Below are positions 1 to 9,686 of a stretch of DNA of 64,000 bases, in pieces. How positions within the stretch are numbered: position 1 is the first letter of the stretch; every line of letters begins with the position of its first letter. The DNA comes from Bacteroidales bacterium. Lineage in GTDB: Bacteria; Bacteroidota; Bacteroidia; Bacteroidales; UBA4181. The stretch spans positions 39,632-103,631 of the forward strand of contig JAVBSH010000128.1 in NCBI GenBank assembly GCA_031547085.1, read 5' to 3'. The notes beneath the pieces were generated by a model. That model was not told the origin of the DNA and made no database searches. It saw only the letters and a list, made by a program, of their open reading frames with translations. The translations under genes were made by a program, and so were the position numbers.

Positions 1-411
1 TTTAAACCCCGCCACAAGATATTGTGCGACTATGTGAAAACCCATAGCAGAATGCATACCTTTATCCATTCATGCGGTTCTATTTCGAGTCTGATGCCCG
101 ACATGATCGATGCCGGGATAGAGATATTCAACCCGGTGCAAACCAATGCTTACAACATGTCTCCTGAATTCCTTAAAAAAGAATTCGGACAATCCTGTAC
201 TTTCTGGGGTGGAGGCATCGAAAATGTGGGTGTGTTGAATATCGGGAGCAAACAGCAAATCCGGGAACAGGTATTGGAACGAATGGAGATTTTTTCCAAA
301 GGAGGAGGATTCGTATTCAATACGATACACAATATATTACCCGACGTGCCTCCTGAAAACATCATTACACTTTTCGAAGCCGTACAAGAATTCAATAATC
401 GTCAATATTAA
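1..411 (+). CDS. URO-D (uroporphyrinogen decarboxylase) family protein, C-terminal part; 5' end outside window
   Basis: Frame 1 is open from base 1; the track ORF 22..411 starts at an internal TTG. The peptide HSCGSISSLMPDMIDAGIEIFNPVQ...GGGFVFNTIHNILPDVPPENI resembles the C-terminal half of URO-D/MtaA-type TIM-barrel enzymes. Confidence 0.6.
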   Translation, partial: FKPRHKILCDYVKTHSRMHTFIHSCGSISSLMPDMIDAGIEIFNPVQTNAYNMSPEFLKKEFGQSCTFWGGGIENVGVLNIGSKQQIREQVLERMEIFSKGGGFVFNTIHNILPDVPPENIITLFEAVQEFNNRQY

Positions 412-452
412 AAAAATAAATCGACCAACAACCAATCAACAAAACACTTATC

Positions 453-1847
453 ATGAATAAAATTATAACTGTTATACTTACATTTTGTGTTATTCCCATT
501 TGTTTTGGACAGACAAGCAATCGAAAATCATTAACCCAACTTCAACAGGAATTTGTAGACCTCCGGTTCGGGATGTTCATCCACTACAATATTCCCACAT
601 ACATGGGCGACGATTGGGCTGATCCCGATGCATTGCCGGCCATTTTCAATCCTAAGAAATTAGATTGCAAACAATGGGCTAAAGCCGCAAAAGACGCCAA
701 TATGTCCTACGGGTGCCTCACCACCAAGCACCACAGCGGATTCTGTATCTGGAACACCAAGACAACCGATTATAGCGTGGTGAATAGTCCCTACAAAAAG
801 GACATTGTCAAGGAATATGCCGATGCTTTCAGGGCGCAGGGGCTAAAGGTGATGCTCTATTATTCGATCCTCGATACACATCATAAATTACGTCCCCACC
901 AGATACAGTCTTACCATATTGAAATGGTGAAAAACCAGTTGACCGAGCTTTTGACCAACTACGGAGAAATCGCAGCATTGATCATCGACGGCTGGGATGC
1001 ACCCTGGTCGAGAATATCATACGACGAAATCCCTTTCGAAGACATTTACTACTTAGTCAAACGCCTGCAACCCAATTGCTTGGTAATGGACCTGAATGCG
1101 GCCAAATATCCGTCGGAAGCGTTGTTCTACACCGATATCAAATCGTACGAACAAGGTGCAGGACAACACATATCGAAGGATAGCAACAAACTCCCTGCAT
1201 TATCCTGTCTTCCGGTTAACGACAACTGGTTTTGGAAAGAACATTTTCCGAAAAGTCCGGTAAAATCACCCCAAGAAATGGTTAACAACAACATTATACC
1301 CATGAACAAGGTGTATTGCAATTTTATACTGAATGTGGCACCCAATCGCGACGGGTTGATCGACGATAATGCTGTTGCCGCCCTGAAAGAGATCGGAAAA
1401 ATATGGCAAAATAAAGGTCCTGTATCATCTTTGCCTGTATTTGACGCTCCGATCATATCATCGAATATTGCCAAATTCAAACCCAGCAATTCGAGTTGGG
1501 GCAATGATATGAGCATTATGGATTTTGCCAATGATGATCGTTTCAGCAGTTCGTGGCATTCCAACCCGGCAGTAAAAACACCCTGGTGGGAAGTGGAGTT
1601 AGGTGAAGAACAGGGCTTTAATATGATCTCGATTGCTGAGGGCGGCAGAGATCTGCGTATCAAGAAATATCATATCGAGTACCTTGAAAGCAATGTATGG
1701 AAACCCCTGGTGGCCGAAACAATTGCAGGACGGGTGAAGGTACACCGATTCAACCGCGTTTGGGGAAACAAAGTACGGATCACCATCGACGAATGTAGCG
1801 ATGTCCCGGCCATTGCCGAGTTTGGAGTGTACAATGAACGAAAGTAA
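453..1847 (+). CDS. GH29 alpha-L-fucosidase with C-terminal F5/8 type C (discoidin) domain
   Basis: Signal peptide MNKIITVILTFCVIPICFG|Q. GH29-like motifs FGMFIHYNIPTY and TKHHSGFCIWNTKTTDYSV. The C-terminal ~130 aa (WWEVELGEEQGFNMISI...KVRITIDE) resemble a discoidin carbohydrate-binding module. Confidence 0.85.
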   Translation: MNKIITVILTFCVIPICFGQTSNRKSLTQLQQEFVDLRFGMFIHYNIPTYMGDDWADPDALPAIFNPKKLDCKQWAKAAKDANMSYGCLTTKHHSGFCIWNTKTTDYSVVNSPYKKDIVKEYADAFRAQGLKVMLYYSILDTHHKLRPHQIQSYHIEMVKNQLTELLTNYGEIAALIIDGWDAPWSRISYDEIPFEDIYYLVKRLQPNCLVMDLNAAKYPSEALFYTDIKSYEQGAGQHISKDSNKLPALSCLPVNDNWFWKEHFPKSPVKSPQEMVNNNIIPMNKVYCNFILNVAPNRDGLIDDNAVAALKEIGKIWQNKGPVSSLPVFDAPIISSNIAKFKPSNSSWGNDMSIMDFANDDRFSSSWHSNPAVKTPWWEVELGEEQGFNMISIAEGGRDLRIKKYHIEYLESNVWKPLVAETIAGRVKVHRFNRVWGNKVRITIDECSDVPAIAEFGVYNERK

Positions 1848-1917
1848 AAAACAGGCGCCGGCGGACACAGCAACAATGCTAATGCGGCTGTTAAACACCC
1901 ATGTAAACACCAACATC

Positions 1918-4329
1918 ATGAATAGATTATCCATATTTAGTTTCCTGATCATCTTCCTAACCGCATGCCAATCCGGTAAGGAGCAGAATCCCAACCTGTC
2001 GCTTTGGTACCAGCAGCCGGCCGACGAGTGGATGAAAGCCACGCCCATTGGTAACGGACGCCTTGGTGCAATGGTACATGGTGGTATTGCCATGGAAAAA
2101 CTGGCGTTGAACGAGGTTACCATGTGGTCGGGACAACCGGATCCGGATCAGCAAACGAGAACCGATGGAAAGCAAAGGCTGGCTGCCGTTCGGAAACTTT
2201 TTTTTGAAGGAAAGTATGAAGAAGGCAGCCAGATGGCGGCACATGACCTTATTGTCGGTTCGCGCTCATTCGGAACGCACGTCCCCACTGGAGATCTAAC
2301 ACTCCGTTTCGGCCACAACGAAGCTGCCGCTACCGGTTACAAACGCGAATTAAACCTGCGCGATGCCATCACAAGAGTCTCGTACCAGGTGGACGGTGTC
2401 ACGTATCGGCGGGAATATTTCTGTTCAAATCCTGACAATATATTGGTGATCAGGCTATCATCGGACAAAAAAGGACAATTGGACTTCGATCTTGGATTGA
2501 CAATGATGCGTAAATCAGACAGCACTGTTTTCGCAGTAAACAACAACAGCCTAGAATTTTCCGGTAAGGTCTGTTTTCCGAAATTCGGGCCGGGAGGGGT
2601 CAAATTCGCCGGTAAAGTTGAAGTAGCGGCCTTGGGCGGGATCATTCAGGCAAGCGATACCATATTGAAGGTAAACGGGGCTGATGAAGTAATAATTATG
2701 CTTGATATCCGTACCGATTACGACAACCCGGAATACCGATCCGTATGTCGGGCAACAGTCGAAAAGGCTATTGCTAAAGGATTCGAATCAGTGAAAAAAG
2801 ACCATGTTGCCGACTACAAAGAGCTGTTTGATAGGGTAGACATCTCATTGGGGAGTAGCGAAGCGGACAAGAAACCAACCGACGTGCGTTGGAAAGCCAA
2901 AAAGGAAGGAGCAACAGATCCCGGACTCGATGCTCTTTTCTTCCAGTATGGACGTTACCTGTTGATTGCCTCCTCACGCGAAAACTCGCCGTTGCCATCG
3001 AATCTGCAAGGCATCTGGAACGACAATCTGGCATGCAACATGGGTTGGGCATGCGACTACCATCTGGATATCAATATCGAACAAAACTATTGGCCATCGA
3101 ACATCACCAACCTGCACGAATGCAATGCGCCGCTGTTTCGCTACATCAAGTTTTTGTCCGAACATGGCGCCCAAATGACACAAGATATATTCGGAAACCC
3201 CGGTTGGTCGGCAAATACAATTGTCAATTCATGGGGATACACAGCTCCTGCAAGCACATATTGGGGATTATTTCCTACAGCCGGAGCTTGGATTGCCTCG
3301 CACCTGTGGACACATTACGAATACACAAACGACAAGGATTTCCTGGAAAAGACAGCTTATCCCATCCTGAAAAGTGCCGCCACATTTTTCCTCGACTATA
3401 TGACGGAACTTCCCGGTACGGATTACATGGTTACCGGCCCAAGTATCTCGCCCGAAAACTCGTTCCGTTACAACGGTGCTGAGTTCACACTGTCCATGAT
3501 GCCCACCTGCGATCGTGTATTGGTATTTGAAACCTATATGTCGTGCATCCGAGCATCCGAAATATTAGGTATGGATATAGATTTCCGCCAATCGCTGGAA
3601 GAAGCGCTAAAGAGATTCCCGCCTTTCAGAATCGGGAAAAACGGCACTTTGCAGGAATGGCTCGAGGACTTTGAGGAGACCCAACCCAACCATCGCCACA
3701 CCACACACCTGCTGGCATTGTACCCGTTTTCGCAGATTTCGCTGGCTCATACGCCTGAATTAGCTGCCGCAGCGCGAAAAACCATCGAGAGACGACTGAA
3801 TGCTCCTGGTTGGGAAGACGTGGAATGGAGCCGCGCCAATATGATCAACTTTTATGCCCGCCTCAAAGACCCGCAGGAAGCTTACAACAGCTATGCCGGA
3901 CTGCTCAACACCTTCACCCGCGAGAACCTACTCACCATCTCACCCAAGGGAATTGCAGGTGCGCCGTGGGATATCTTCATCATCGACGGCAACGGAGCCG
4001 GGACATCCGGCATGGCCGAAATGTTGATACAAAATCACGAAGGCTACATCGAATTTTTGCCGGCACTTCCGGAACAATGGAAGACAGGATATTTTAAAGG
4101 CCTTTGCGTGAAAGGCAGTGCCGAAACAGATGCCGAATGGACGGATGGGAAAATAACCCAGATGACAGTTAGGGCAACAACGGATGGAACTTTTGCAGTA
4201 AAGTTACCGCGGAATGACTGTCCTGCAAAAATATCCCTTAACGGGAAAAACCAGGAGTCAACCATCCAGAACGGAGATAGGATCACCTTAACAATGAAGA
4301 AAGGTGATATCTGGAAGGTAAGGTATTAA
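1918..4329 (+). CDS. GH95 family glycoside hydrolase (alpha-L-fucosidase type)
   Basis: I chose the ATG at 1918 (MNRLSIFSFLIIFLTAC, lipoprotein signal) rather than the track start 1801, which overlaps the GH29 3' end. GH95-like motifs: LWYQQPADEWMKATPIGNGRLGAMVHG, NEVTMWSG, NLQGIWND, DYHLDINIEQNYW. Confidence 0.85.
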   Translation: MNRLSIFSFLIIFLTACQSGKEQNPNLSLWYQQPADEWMKATPIGNGRLGAMVHGGIAMEKLALNEVTMWSGQPDPDQQTRTDGKQRLAAVRKLFFEGKYEEGSQMAAHDLIVGSRSFGTHVPTGDLTLRFGHNEAAATGYKRELNLRDAITRVSYQVDGVTYRREYFCSNPDNILVIRLSSDKKGQLDFDLGLTMMRKSDSTVFAVNNNSLEFSGKVCFPKFGPGGVKFAGKVEVAALGGIIQASDTILKVNGADEVIIMLDIRTDYDNPEYRSVCRATVEKAIAKGFESVKKDHVADYKELFDRVDISLGSSEADKKPTDVRWKAKKEGATDPGLDALFFQYGRYLLIASSRENSPLPSNLQGIWNDNLACNMGWACDYHLDINIEQNYWPSNITNLHECNAPLFRYIKFLSEHGAQMTQDIFGNPGWSANTIVNSWGYTAPASTYWGLFPTAGAWIASHLWTHYEYTNDKDFLEKTAYPILKSAATFFLDYMTELPGTDYMVTGPSISPENSFRYNGAEFTLSMMPTCDRVLVFETYMSCIRASEILGMDIDFRQSLEEALKRFPPFRIGKNGTLQEWLEDFEETQPNHRHTTHLLALYPFSQISLAHTPELAAAARKTIERRLNAPGWEDVEWSRANMINFYARLKDPQEAYNSYAGLLNTFTRENLLTISPKGIAGAPWDIFIIDGNGAGTSGMAEMLIQNHEGYIEFLPALPEQWKTGYFKGLCVKGSAETDAEWTDGKITQMTVRATTDGTFAVKLPRNDCPAKISLNGKNQESTIQNGDRITLTMKKGDIWKVRY

Positions 4330-4404
4330 GCTTGTGTTTTCCAATACATCGGCATCTATAGCCAGATATTTTATGATCGTATTTTTCATCAAAACAATAT
4401 TCTC

Positions 4405-5103
4405 ATGAACCATCACACTAAAAACTTATCTGTGGAACAGCTGGCCGGAATGATCGACCACACCTTCCTCAAAGCCTTCGGTAATGCCGGAGATATTGAA
4501 AAGTTGTGTGCCGAAGCCCGCAAATATAGGTTTGCTGCCGTGGCTGTCAATCCTGTCGAAGTTGAAACATGTATAGATCACCTAACCGGTTCAGGTGTGC
4601 GTATATGTACGGTTGTTGGCTTTCCTTTGGGGCAAACCAATATTCACTGCAAGCTTTTCGAAGCCAGAGACGCTATATTTCGAGGCGTTAGCGAAATAGA
4701 TATGGTGATCAACATCCGTGCTTTGCAAAAAGGACAAACAGACATCGTACGCAGGGAAATCGAAGAGATTTCAGCGCTTTGCAAATCCAACCATATCATT
4801 TGCAAGGTGATTTTAGAGACCTGTTATTTGTCTGGCCATGAAAAAGAGGCTGTATGCCTGATAGCGAAAGATGCCGGGGTAGATTTTGTGAAGACATCTA
4901 CCGGGTTTGGCACAGCCGGGGCAACCGTTGCAGATGTACGGTTGATGCGTAGGGTTGTCGGCGATGAGGTGGGGGTAAAGGCTTCCGGTGGGATCCGCGA
5001 CCTGGAAACAACGTTAGCCCTCATCGAAGCAGGTGCTACGCGTATAGGTACATCCAGCGGCGTAGCAATTATCGAAAGCTACAAACAATTGATAGGGAAT
5101 TAG
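4405..5103 (+). CDS. deoC: Deoxyribose-phosphate aldolase
   Basis: 232 aa. IDHTFLK at the N-terminus, FVKTSTGF (Schiff-base Lys motif) and VKASGGIR...GATRIGTSSG at the C-terminus, as in class I DeoC aldolases. Confidence 0.85.
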   Translation: MNHHTKNLSVEQLAGMIDHTFLKAFGNAGDIEKLCAEARKYRFAAVAVNPVEVETCIDHLTGSGVRICTVVGFPLGQTNIHCKLFEARDAIFRGVSEIDMVINIRALQKGQTDIVRREIEEISALCKSNHIICKVILETCYLSGHEKEAVCLIAKDAGVDFVKTSTGFGTAGATVADVRLMRRVVGDEVGVKASGGIRDLETTLALIEAGATRIGTSSGVAIIESYKQLIGN

Positions 5104-5201
5104 GCTCGGGGGGGTGAGTTTGCGGTTATGTTGCTTGCAATGCTATTAATTGTAACTTGTTGGGTATTAGAGATCTATCAGACATGGTTGATGCTTTGGG
5201 A

Positions 5202-5906
5202 TTACAGCAAATTCACAATTTTTACGGGATCCATTTCGCTGATTCGTTCAATAATCGTATCGACTGGAAGATCATCGTGGTATGTGATCATAAAATTCAT
5301 TTCAGTAGTGTTGCTTGTCAGATTGTGGTGTATGTCCACATTTATAACCGACAAAGGATAATTTTTCAGTATGGCCAATATGCGGTCGGAGGTAACAGAG
5401 CGACTTTCGGTAGTTACCGACAACACTTTGGTGGTATAATCAGGAATGATACGTTTCTCAAACCGCTCCAATACAATCAACGCCAGCAGCATCAAGCCGG
5501 CCGAAATTCCCGAAATGATGTATAATCCGGCCCCCACTCCCATTCCGATAGCCGAAATCAGCCAAATGGAGGCAGCTGTTGTCAACCCACGGACGTTGGA
5601 ACCAATCTTGATGATAGCGCCCGCGCCCAGGAACCCTATACCTGTAACGGTTTGCGCCGCAATACGTCCGGGATCGCCAACCCCATATGCCTGGGGAATA
5701 TAAATCGACAACATCATCAGCAATGTTGCCCCCAGACATATCAATATATGTGTCCGGAATCCTGCTGGTTGCAGTCGCCAACGACGTTCCAAACCTACCA
5801 TTCCGCCAATAACCAAGCTCACCAGCAGCCGGAAAGTGGCCGTAGTGGTATTAATATCCGTCGAATACAATGCTTCGTGAAGCCAATGTCCCATCATCTG
5901 ATGCAT
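5202..5906 (-). CDS. mgtC: MgtC/SapB family membrane protein
   Basis: LLVSLVIGGMVGLERRWRLQPAGFRTHILICLGATLLMM and DPGRIAAQTVTGIGFLGAGAIIK are MgtC-family signatures. The track ORF runs to 6224 but would overlap the divergent PiT gene, so I chose the ATG at 5906 (MHQMMGHW). Confidence 0.8.
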   Translation of the reverse strand: MHQMMGHWLHEALYSTDINTTTATFRLLVSLVIGGMVGLERRWRLQPAGFRTHILICLGATLLMMLSIYIPQAYGVGDPGRIAAQTVTGIGFLGAGAIIKIGSNVRGLTTAASIWLISAIGMGVGAGLYIISGISAGLMLLALIVLERFEKRIIPDYTTKVLSVTTESRSVTSDRILAILKNYPLSVINVDIHHNLTSNTTEMNFMITYHDDLPVDTIIERISEMDPVKIVNLL

Positions 5907-5993
5907 TTCTAAAATAATGGCAAAAATAATCGAATTGTCATTGAATTGTAAAAAACTTAACAATTTCTTAACATTAGAATGAAATGTTGCGCA

Positions 5994-6001
5994 TATTTTT
6001 G
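5994..6001 (+). promoter_or_regulatory. Candidate Bacteroidetes -7 promoter box (TAnnTTTG) for the PiT gene
   Basis: TATTTTTG at 5994-6001, 18 nt upstream of the ATG at 6019, matches the published Bacteroides -7 consensus TAnnTTTG. I found no clean -33 TTTG at the canonical spacing. Confidence 0.3.
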
Positions 6002-6018
6002 TCATATAATTATACATT

Positions 6019-8274
6019 ATGGACTTATACGTTATTCTTGTCGCATTCCTTTTGCTCTTAGCGTTTTTCGACCTGATGGTCGGTGTGAGCAATGACGCAT
6101 CCAATTTCCTGAACTCTGCAATCGGGTCCAAAGTCGCATCCTTTCGCACCATCATGATTTTTGCCTGTCTTGGGGTAATTATCGGCGCTACCTTTTCGAG
6201 TGGTATGATGGATATTGCACGCAACGGCCTGTTCGATCCTGAGAAATTCTACTTCAATGAAATTATCTGGATATTTGTAGGTGTGATGGTAGCCGATGTG
6301 TTGCTGCTTGACATCTTCAATAGTTTCGGATTACCCACATCTACCACGGTTTCCATTGTATTTGACCTGCTGGGAGCTTCGCTGGCCATGGCATTGTACA
6401 AAATATCACATTCAGATGGCGGTTTTGCTGAACTCGGGCAATACATCAATACCGAGAAAGCATTGGCAATCATCAGCGGGATACTTATCTCGGTGGTGGT
6501 AGCTTTTATCTCAGGCATCATCATCCAATGGGTGGTACGGGTCATCTTTTCGTTCGATTATCGCAAATCATACAAATACTTTGGGGCTATCTTCGGAGGT
6601 ATTGCTATTACGGCCATTGTCTATTTCATGATCATGAAAGGGGCCAAAGGAGCATCGTTCATGAAACCTGAATACCTCGAATACATCACTACGCATAATT
6701 GGCAATTGCTGTTGGGCAATTTTATATGCTGGACGGTTGTTTTGCAGTTGCTCATGTTGCTTTTCCGTACCAATGTACTGAAAATCGTGATCCTTGTGGG
6801 GACATTTGCCCTGGCAATGGCTTTTGCAGGCAATGATTTGGTAAACTTCATCGGGGTTCCGCTGGCAGGATTGGAATCATACAAACAATATGTAGCATCG
6901 GGTGTTGCTGACAGCAGCCTGATGATGGGTGCGTTGAAAGCGCCCGTCAGTACGCCTACCATCTTTCTGCTGATCGCAGGGCTAGTAATGGCTGGAACAT
7001 TGGTATTCTCGCGTCGTGCACGCAAAGTGATCGACACGACTGTAAATCTCAGCCGCCAGGATGCAGGCGAAGAGCAATTTGATTCTACGTTGCTGGCACG
7101 TTCGCTGGTGCGCGGATCATTGAATGTGTCAAGCTTTTTCGAACGTGTTGTTCCCCGGCGTTGGCAAAGGAGGATTGATCGGCGTTTTCGTCATAAGAAA
7201 ACCGACGAGGATGTGGCTTTCGACCAGGTACGGGCTTCGGTTAATTTAGTAGTAGCCAGTATTCTGATTGCTTCAGCCACTTCATTAAAGCTTCCGTTAT
7301 CTACCACTTATGTCACTTTTATGGTCGCAATGGGTAGTTCGCTGGCCGACCGTGCATGGGACCGCGAAACAGCAGTGTACCGTATTACCGGTGTGATTAC
7401 TGTCATTGGCGGATGGTTCATTACGGCTATTTCGGCATTGACTTTGTCGTGTCTTGTTACCGGTTTCCTTATCTGGGGCAAATGGATTGCTTTTGCCATA
7501 TGTATGGCGGTAGTGGGATATTTCATGTTCCGCTCGTTGTTCGTTTCTGAAAAGGCTGAAAAGGAAAAAGAAAAGAAAAAAGTGAAAGAAGACGCCTTGC
7601 TGAGCGCCAAAACGGTAACTGCGTCGAAGGTGTTTGAGAGTTGTAATGAAGAGATTGTATCGGCAGCCATATCGGCTTCCAAGCTCTATTATCTCACGCT
7701 CAATAATTTTCTTGCAGGAAAACGGAAGGCTTTAAAAGGCATACACGACGATGTATACGAACTGAGTAAACATACGAAAGATCTTAAGAATAATTCTTAC
7801 AAGGTGATTGCCAAGTTGCAAGGAGAGGCATTGGAATCGAGTCAGTATTATGTGCAGGTGGTGGATGCATCCCGTGAAGTGGGCAATAGTGTGTTTCATA
7901 TCTATAAACCGGCTTATGAATATTTGGATAATAACCACACCCCATTTTCCAGCACACAGATGACTGAACTCACTGAGTTGAATGACGAAGTGTCTGTATT
8001 TTTCAACATGATCCTGCATACTATAAAAAACCGCAAATACGAAAACTCATCGGAGGAAATACGCAAACGAAAAGTAAGCGTACTCGCGCTGGTCGACATC
8101 CTCCAACGCAAGCAGTTGAAGCGCATCAAAAAACAGGAAGTATCCACTCGCAACAGTGTGCTTTATCTCAACATATTGACTGAAACCAAAAACCTGACTT
8201 TGTTCTCGGTGAGCTTAGTGAAAGCAAATCGCAATTTTTACCAGATGGTATCGGAAAAAAAGATATCCAAATAG
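6019..8274 (+). CDS. PiT (PHO4) family inorganic phosphate transporter with long C-terminal PhoU-like helical domain
   Basis: N-terminal GVSNDASNFLNSAIGS and second-half AGNDLVNFIGVPLAG match the duplicated PiT GANDVAN-type motif. There are many TM segments. The C-terminal ~240 aa are soluble and helical (PhoU-like by composition only). Confidence 0.75.
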   Translation: MDLYVILVAFLLLLAFFDLMVGVSNDASNFLNSAIGSKVASFRTIMIFACLGVIIGATFSSGMMDIARNGLFDPEKFYFNEIIWIFVGVMVADVLLLDIFNSFGLPTSTTVSIVFDLLGASLAMALYKISHSDGGFAELGQYINTEKALAIISGILISVVVAFISGIIIQWVVRVIFSFDYRKSYKYFGAIFGGIAITAIVYFMIMKGAKGASFMKPEYLEYITTHNWQLLLGNFICWTVVLQLLMLLFRTNVLKIVILVGTFALAMAFAGNDLVNFIGVPLAGLESYKQYVASGVADSSLMMGALKAPVSTPTIFLLIAGLVMAGTLVFSRRARKVIDTTVNLSRQDAGEEQFDSTLLARSLVRGSLNVSSFFERVVPRRWQRRIDRRFRHKKTDEDVAFDQVRASVNLVVASILIASATSLKLPLSTTYVTFMVAMGSSLADRAWDRETAVYRITGVITVIGGWFITAISALTLSCLVTGFLIWGKWIAFAICMAVVGYFMFRSLFVSEKAEKEKEKKKVKEDALLSAKTVTASKVFESCNEEIVSAAISASKLYYLTLNNFLAGKRKALKGIHDDVYELSKHTKDLKNNSYKVIAKLQGEALESSQYYVQVVDASREVGNSVFHIYKPAYEYLDNNHTPFSSTQMTELTELNDEVSVFFNMILHTIKNRKYENSSEEIRKRKVSVLALVDILQRKQLKRIKKQEVSTRNSVLYLNILTETKNLTLFSVSLVKANRNFYQMVSEKKISK

Positions 8275-8292
8275 CGGTATTTAACGCCACTG

Positions 8293-8371
8293 ACCTGCTG
8301 GGTCTCTAAGACCCGGTAGGTCTGGATGCTTGGTAAAACCTACCGGGTCTTAGAGACCCAGCAGGTTTTTA
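8293..8371. terminator. Bidirectional intrinsic terminator built from two inverted copies of a 29-nt hairpin element
   Basis: ACCTGCTGGGTCTCTAAGACCCGGTAGGT (8293-8321) and its exact reverse complement (8338-8366), followed by TTTTT. It lies between the convergent PiT and TPP-decarboxylase genes. Confidence 0.75.
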
Positions 8372-8424
8372 TGTCAATAATAACTTACTTAAATAAAGGG
8401 CATTGATTGATAATTTCCAAACCA

Positions 8425-9552
8425 TTAGCCCAAAAATTTCATCAATCGTTCTTTTACTTCGTAAGGTTTCACCTTCGGCCTGCCGAGATTTTTTTTCGAG
8501 CCTTTAGCAGTTTGCAGGTGAATGAATGTCAGGGTTGGGTCTTGCTTCCACTCCTTAATGCGTTGTTCCAGCGCATCAGTACCATCTACATGGTATGCAT
8601 TGGCATAACCACATGCCGCCGCTACCTTGGCAAAGTCAACATTATGCGATGCCGTTGCCTGCCCGCCGGTAGAATCATGGCAATTATTATCCAGCAGAAT
8701 ATGCAGCATGTTGCGGGGCGCATAGCAAGCATTGGTTGCCAGCGATCCCATGCGCATGAGTAAGGCTCCATCTCCATCGATGGCAATCACTTTCTTGTCA
8801 GGACGAGCCAAAGCCAGTCCTAAAGCCATCGAACCGATGCATCCCATCGAGCCAACCATGTAAAGGTAATTGGGAGCATCCTCAATTTCGTATAATTCAC
8901 GTCCGGTAGTTCCTGTAGTGGCCAGCATCACCGTATCGGCATCCTTCAAGTTATTCAACCGTTCCAGTACCGACAGCCGTGTTGGCCGTTGACCTGTACC
9001 TGTAAATCCTTTCAGGTGCGCGTTTTGCACCGATGGCAGGCTTTTTTGTTTTAACTCTACATCATCGAATGTATCTTTTTTCACCACAAAAAAGAAGGAT
9101 TGCCCGTTTTCGATGATCTTATCAGCATGTTGTAACTGTTTTTCAGCTTCGGCCATATCTCCCGAAAGGTATTGCCAGGGAATCTGCATCACGTCAAGGA
9201 ATTTTTCGGTAATGGTTCCCATCAGCTCGTGTTGAGGCTCATCGGCCAGGCCGGGTTCGCCCCGGAGGCTGACAAACCCCAGTACTGGTATACGGAAAGT
9301 ATAATTCAGCGATGTCAACGGCGAAGTGGCGTTGGTTAATCCCGAGTTCTGCATCAATACTACCGACTTGTGTCCGCCAAGATACGCACCGGCACAAATA
9401 GCCACCGCATCGCCTTCATTGGCCGCCATCACATAACGGCAATCATTGATGGAATAATTAATCAGGTTTTTAAGAAACGAACAGGGAACACCGCTGTAAA
9501 AATCGAAACCTTTCTGTTTCAGGCTATCGCCATAAGATTGGGTATGAAGCAC
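8425..9552 (-). CDS. Phosphonopyruvate decarboxylase-like TPP-dependent decarboxylase (sulfopyruvate decarboxylase not excluded)
   Basis: 375 aa. FYSGVPCSFLK, AANEGDAVAICAGAYLGG, VLMQNSGLTNATSPLTSL, RGEPGLADEPQHELMG and the TPP motif IAIDGDGALLMRMGSL match the fused alpha/beta Ppd/ComDE family. Confidence 0.7.
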   Translation of the reverse strand: MLHTQSYGDSLKQKGFDFYSGVPCSFLKNLINYSINDCRYVMAANEGDAVAICAGAYLGGHKSVVLMQNSGLTNATSPLTSLNYTFRIPVLGFVSLRGEPGLADEPQHELMGTITEKFLDVMQIPWQYLSGDMAEAEKQLQHADKIIENGQSFFFVVKKDTFDDVELKQKSLPSVQNAHLKGFTGTGQRPTRLSVLERLNNLKDADTVMLATTGTTGRELYEIEDAPNYLYMVGSMGCIGSMALGLALARPDKKVIAIDGDGALLMRMGSLATNACYAPRNMLHILLDNNCHDSTGGQATASHNVDFAKVAAACGYANAYHVDGTDALEQRIKEWKQDPTLTFIHLQTAKGSKKNLGRPKVKPYEVKERLMKFLG

Positions 9553-9686
9553 TTTTATATTTTATTAATATTGAACATACTATAAGTGGGACAAAATTAG
9601 TGATATTTGTTTGAAAAATGCATCCGACGCTTGCAATGTATCATTTACAACTTTTTATTACCTTTGTCCGTCATTAACCCCTTGAA

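Noticed and set aside
1801-1917. N-terminal extensions given by the ORF track (GH95 from 1801, mgtC to 6224, GNAT to 27159, gldN to 28114, gldK to 32064, kinase to 51664, tlpA-like to 54292, 58111 gene to 58923)
   Set aside because: Each extension overlaps a neighbouring gene or a terminator hairpin, or precedes a much better signal peptide or lipobox start. Some use TTG/GTG. I chose internal ATG starts, but the exact starts remain unverified.
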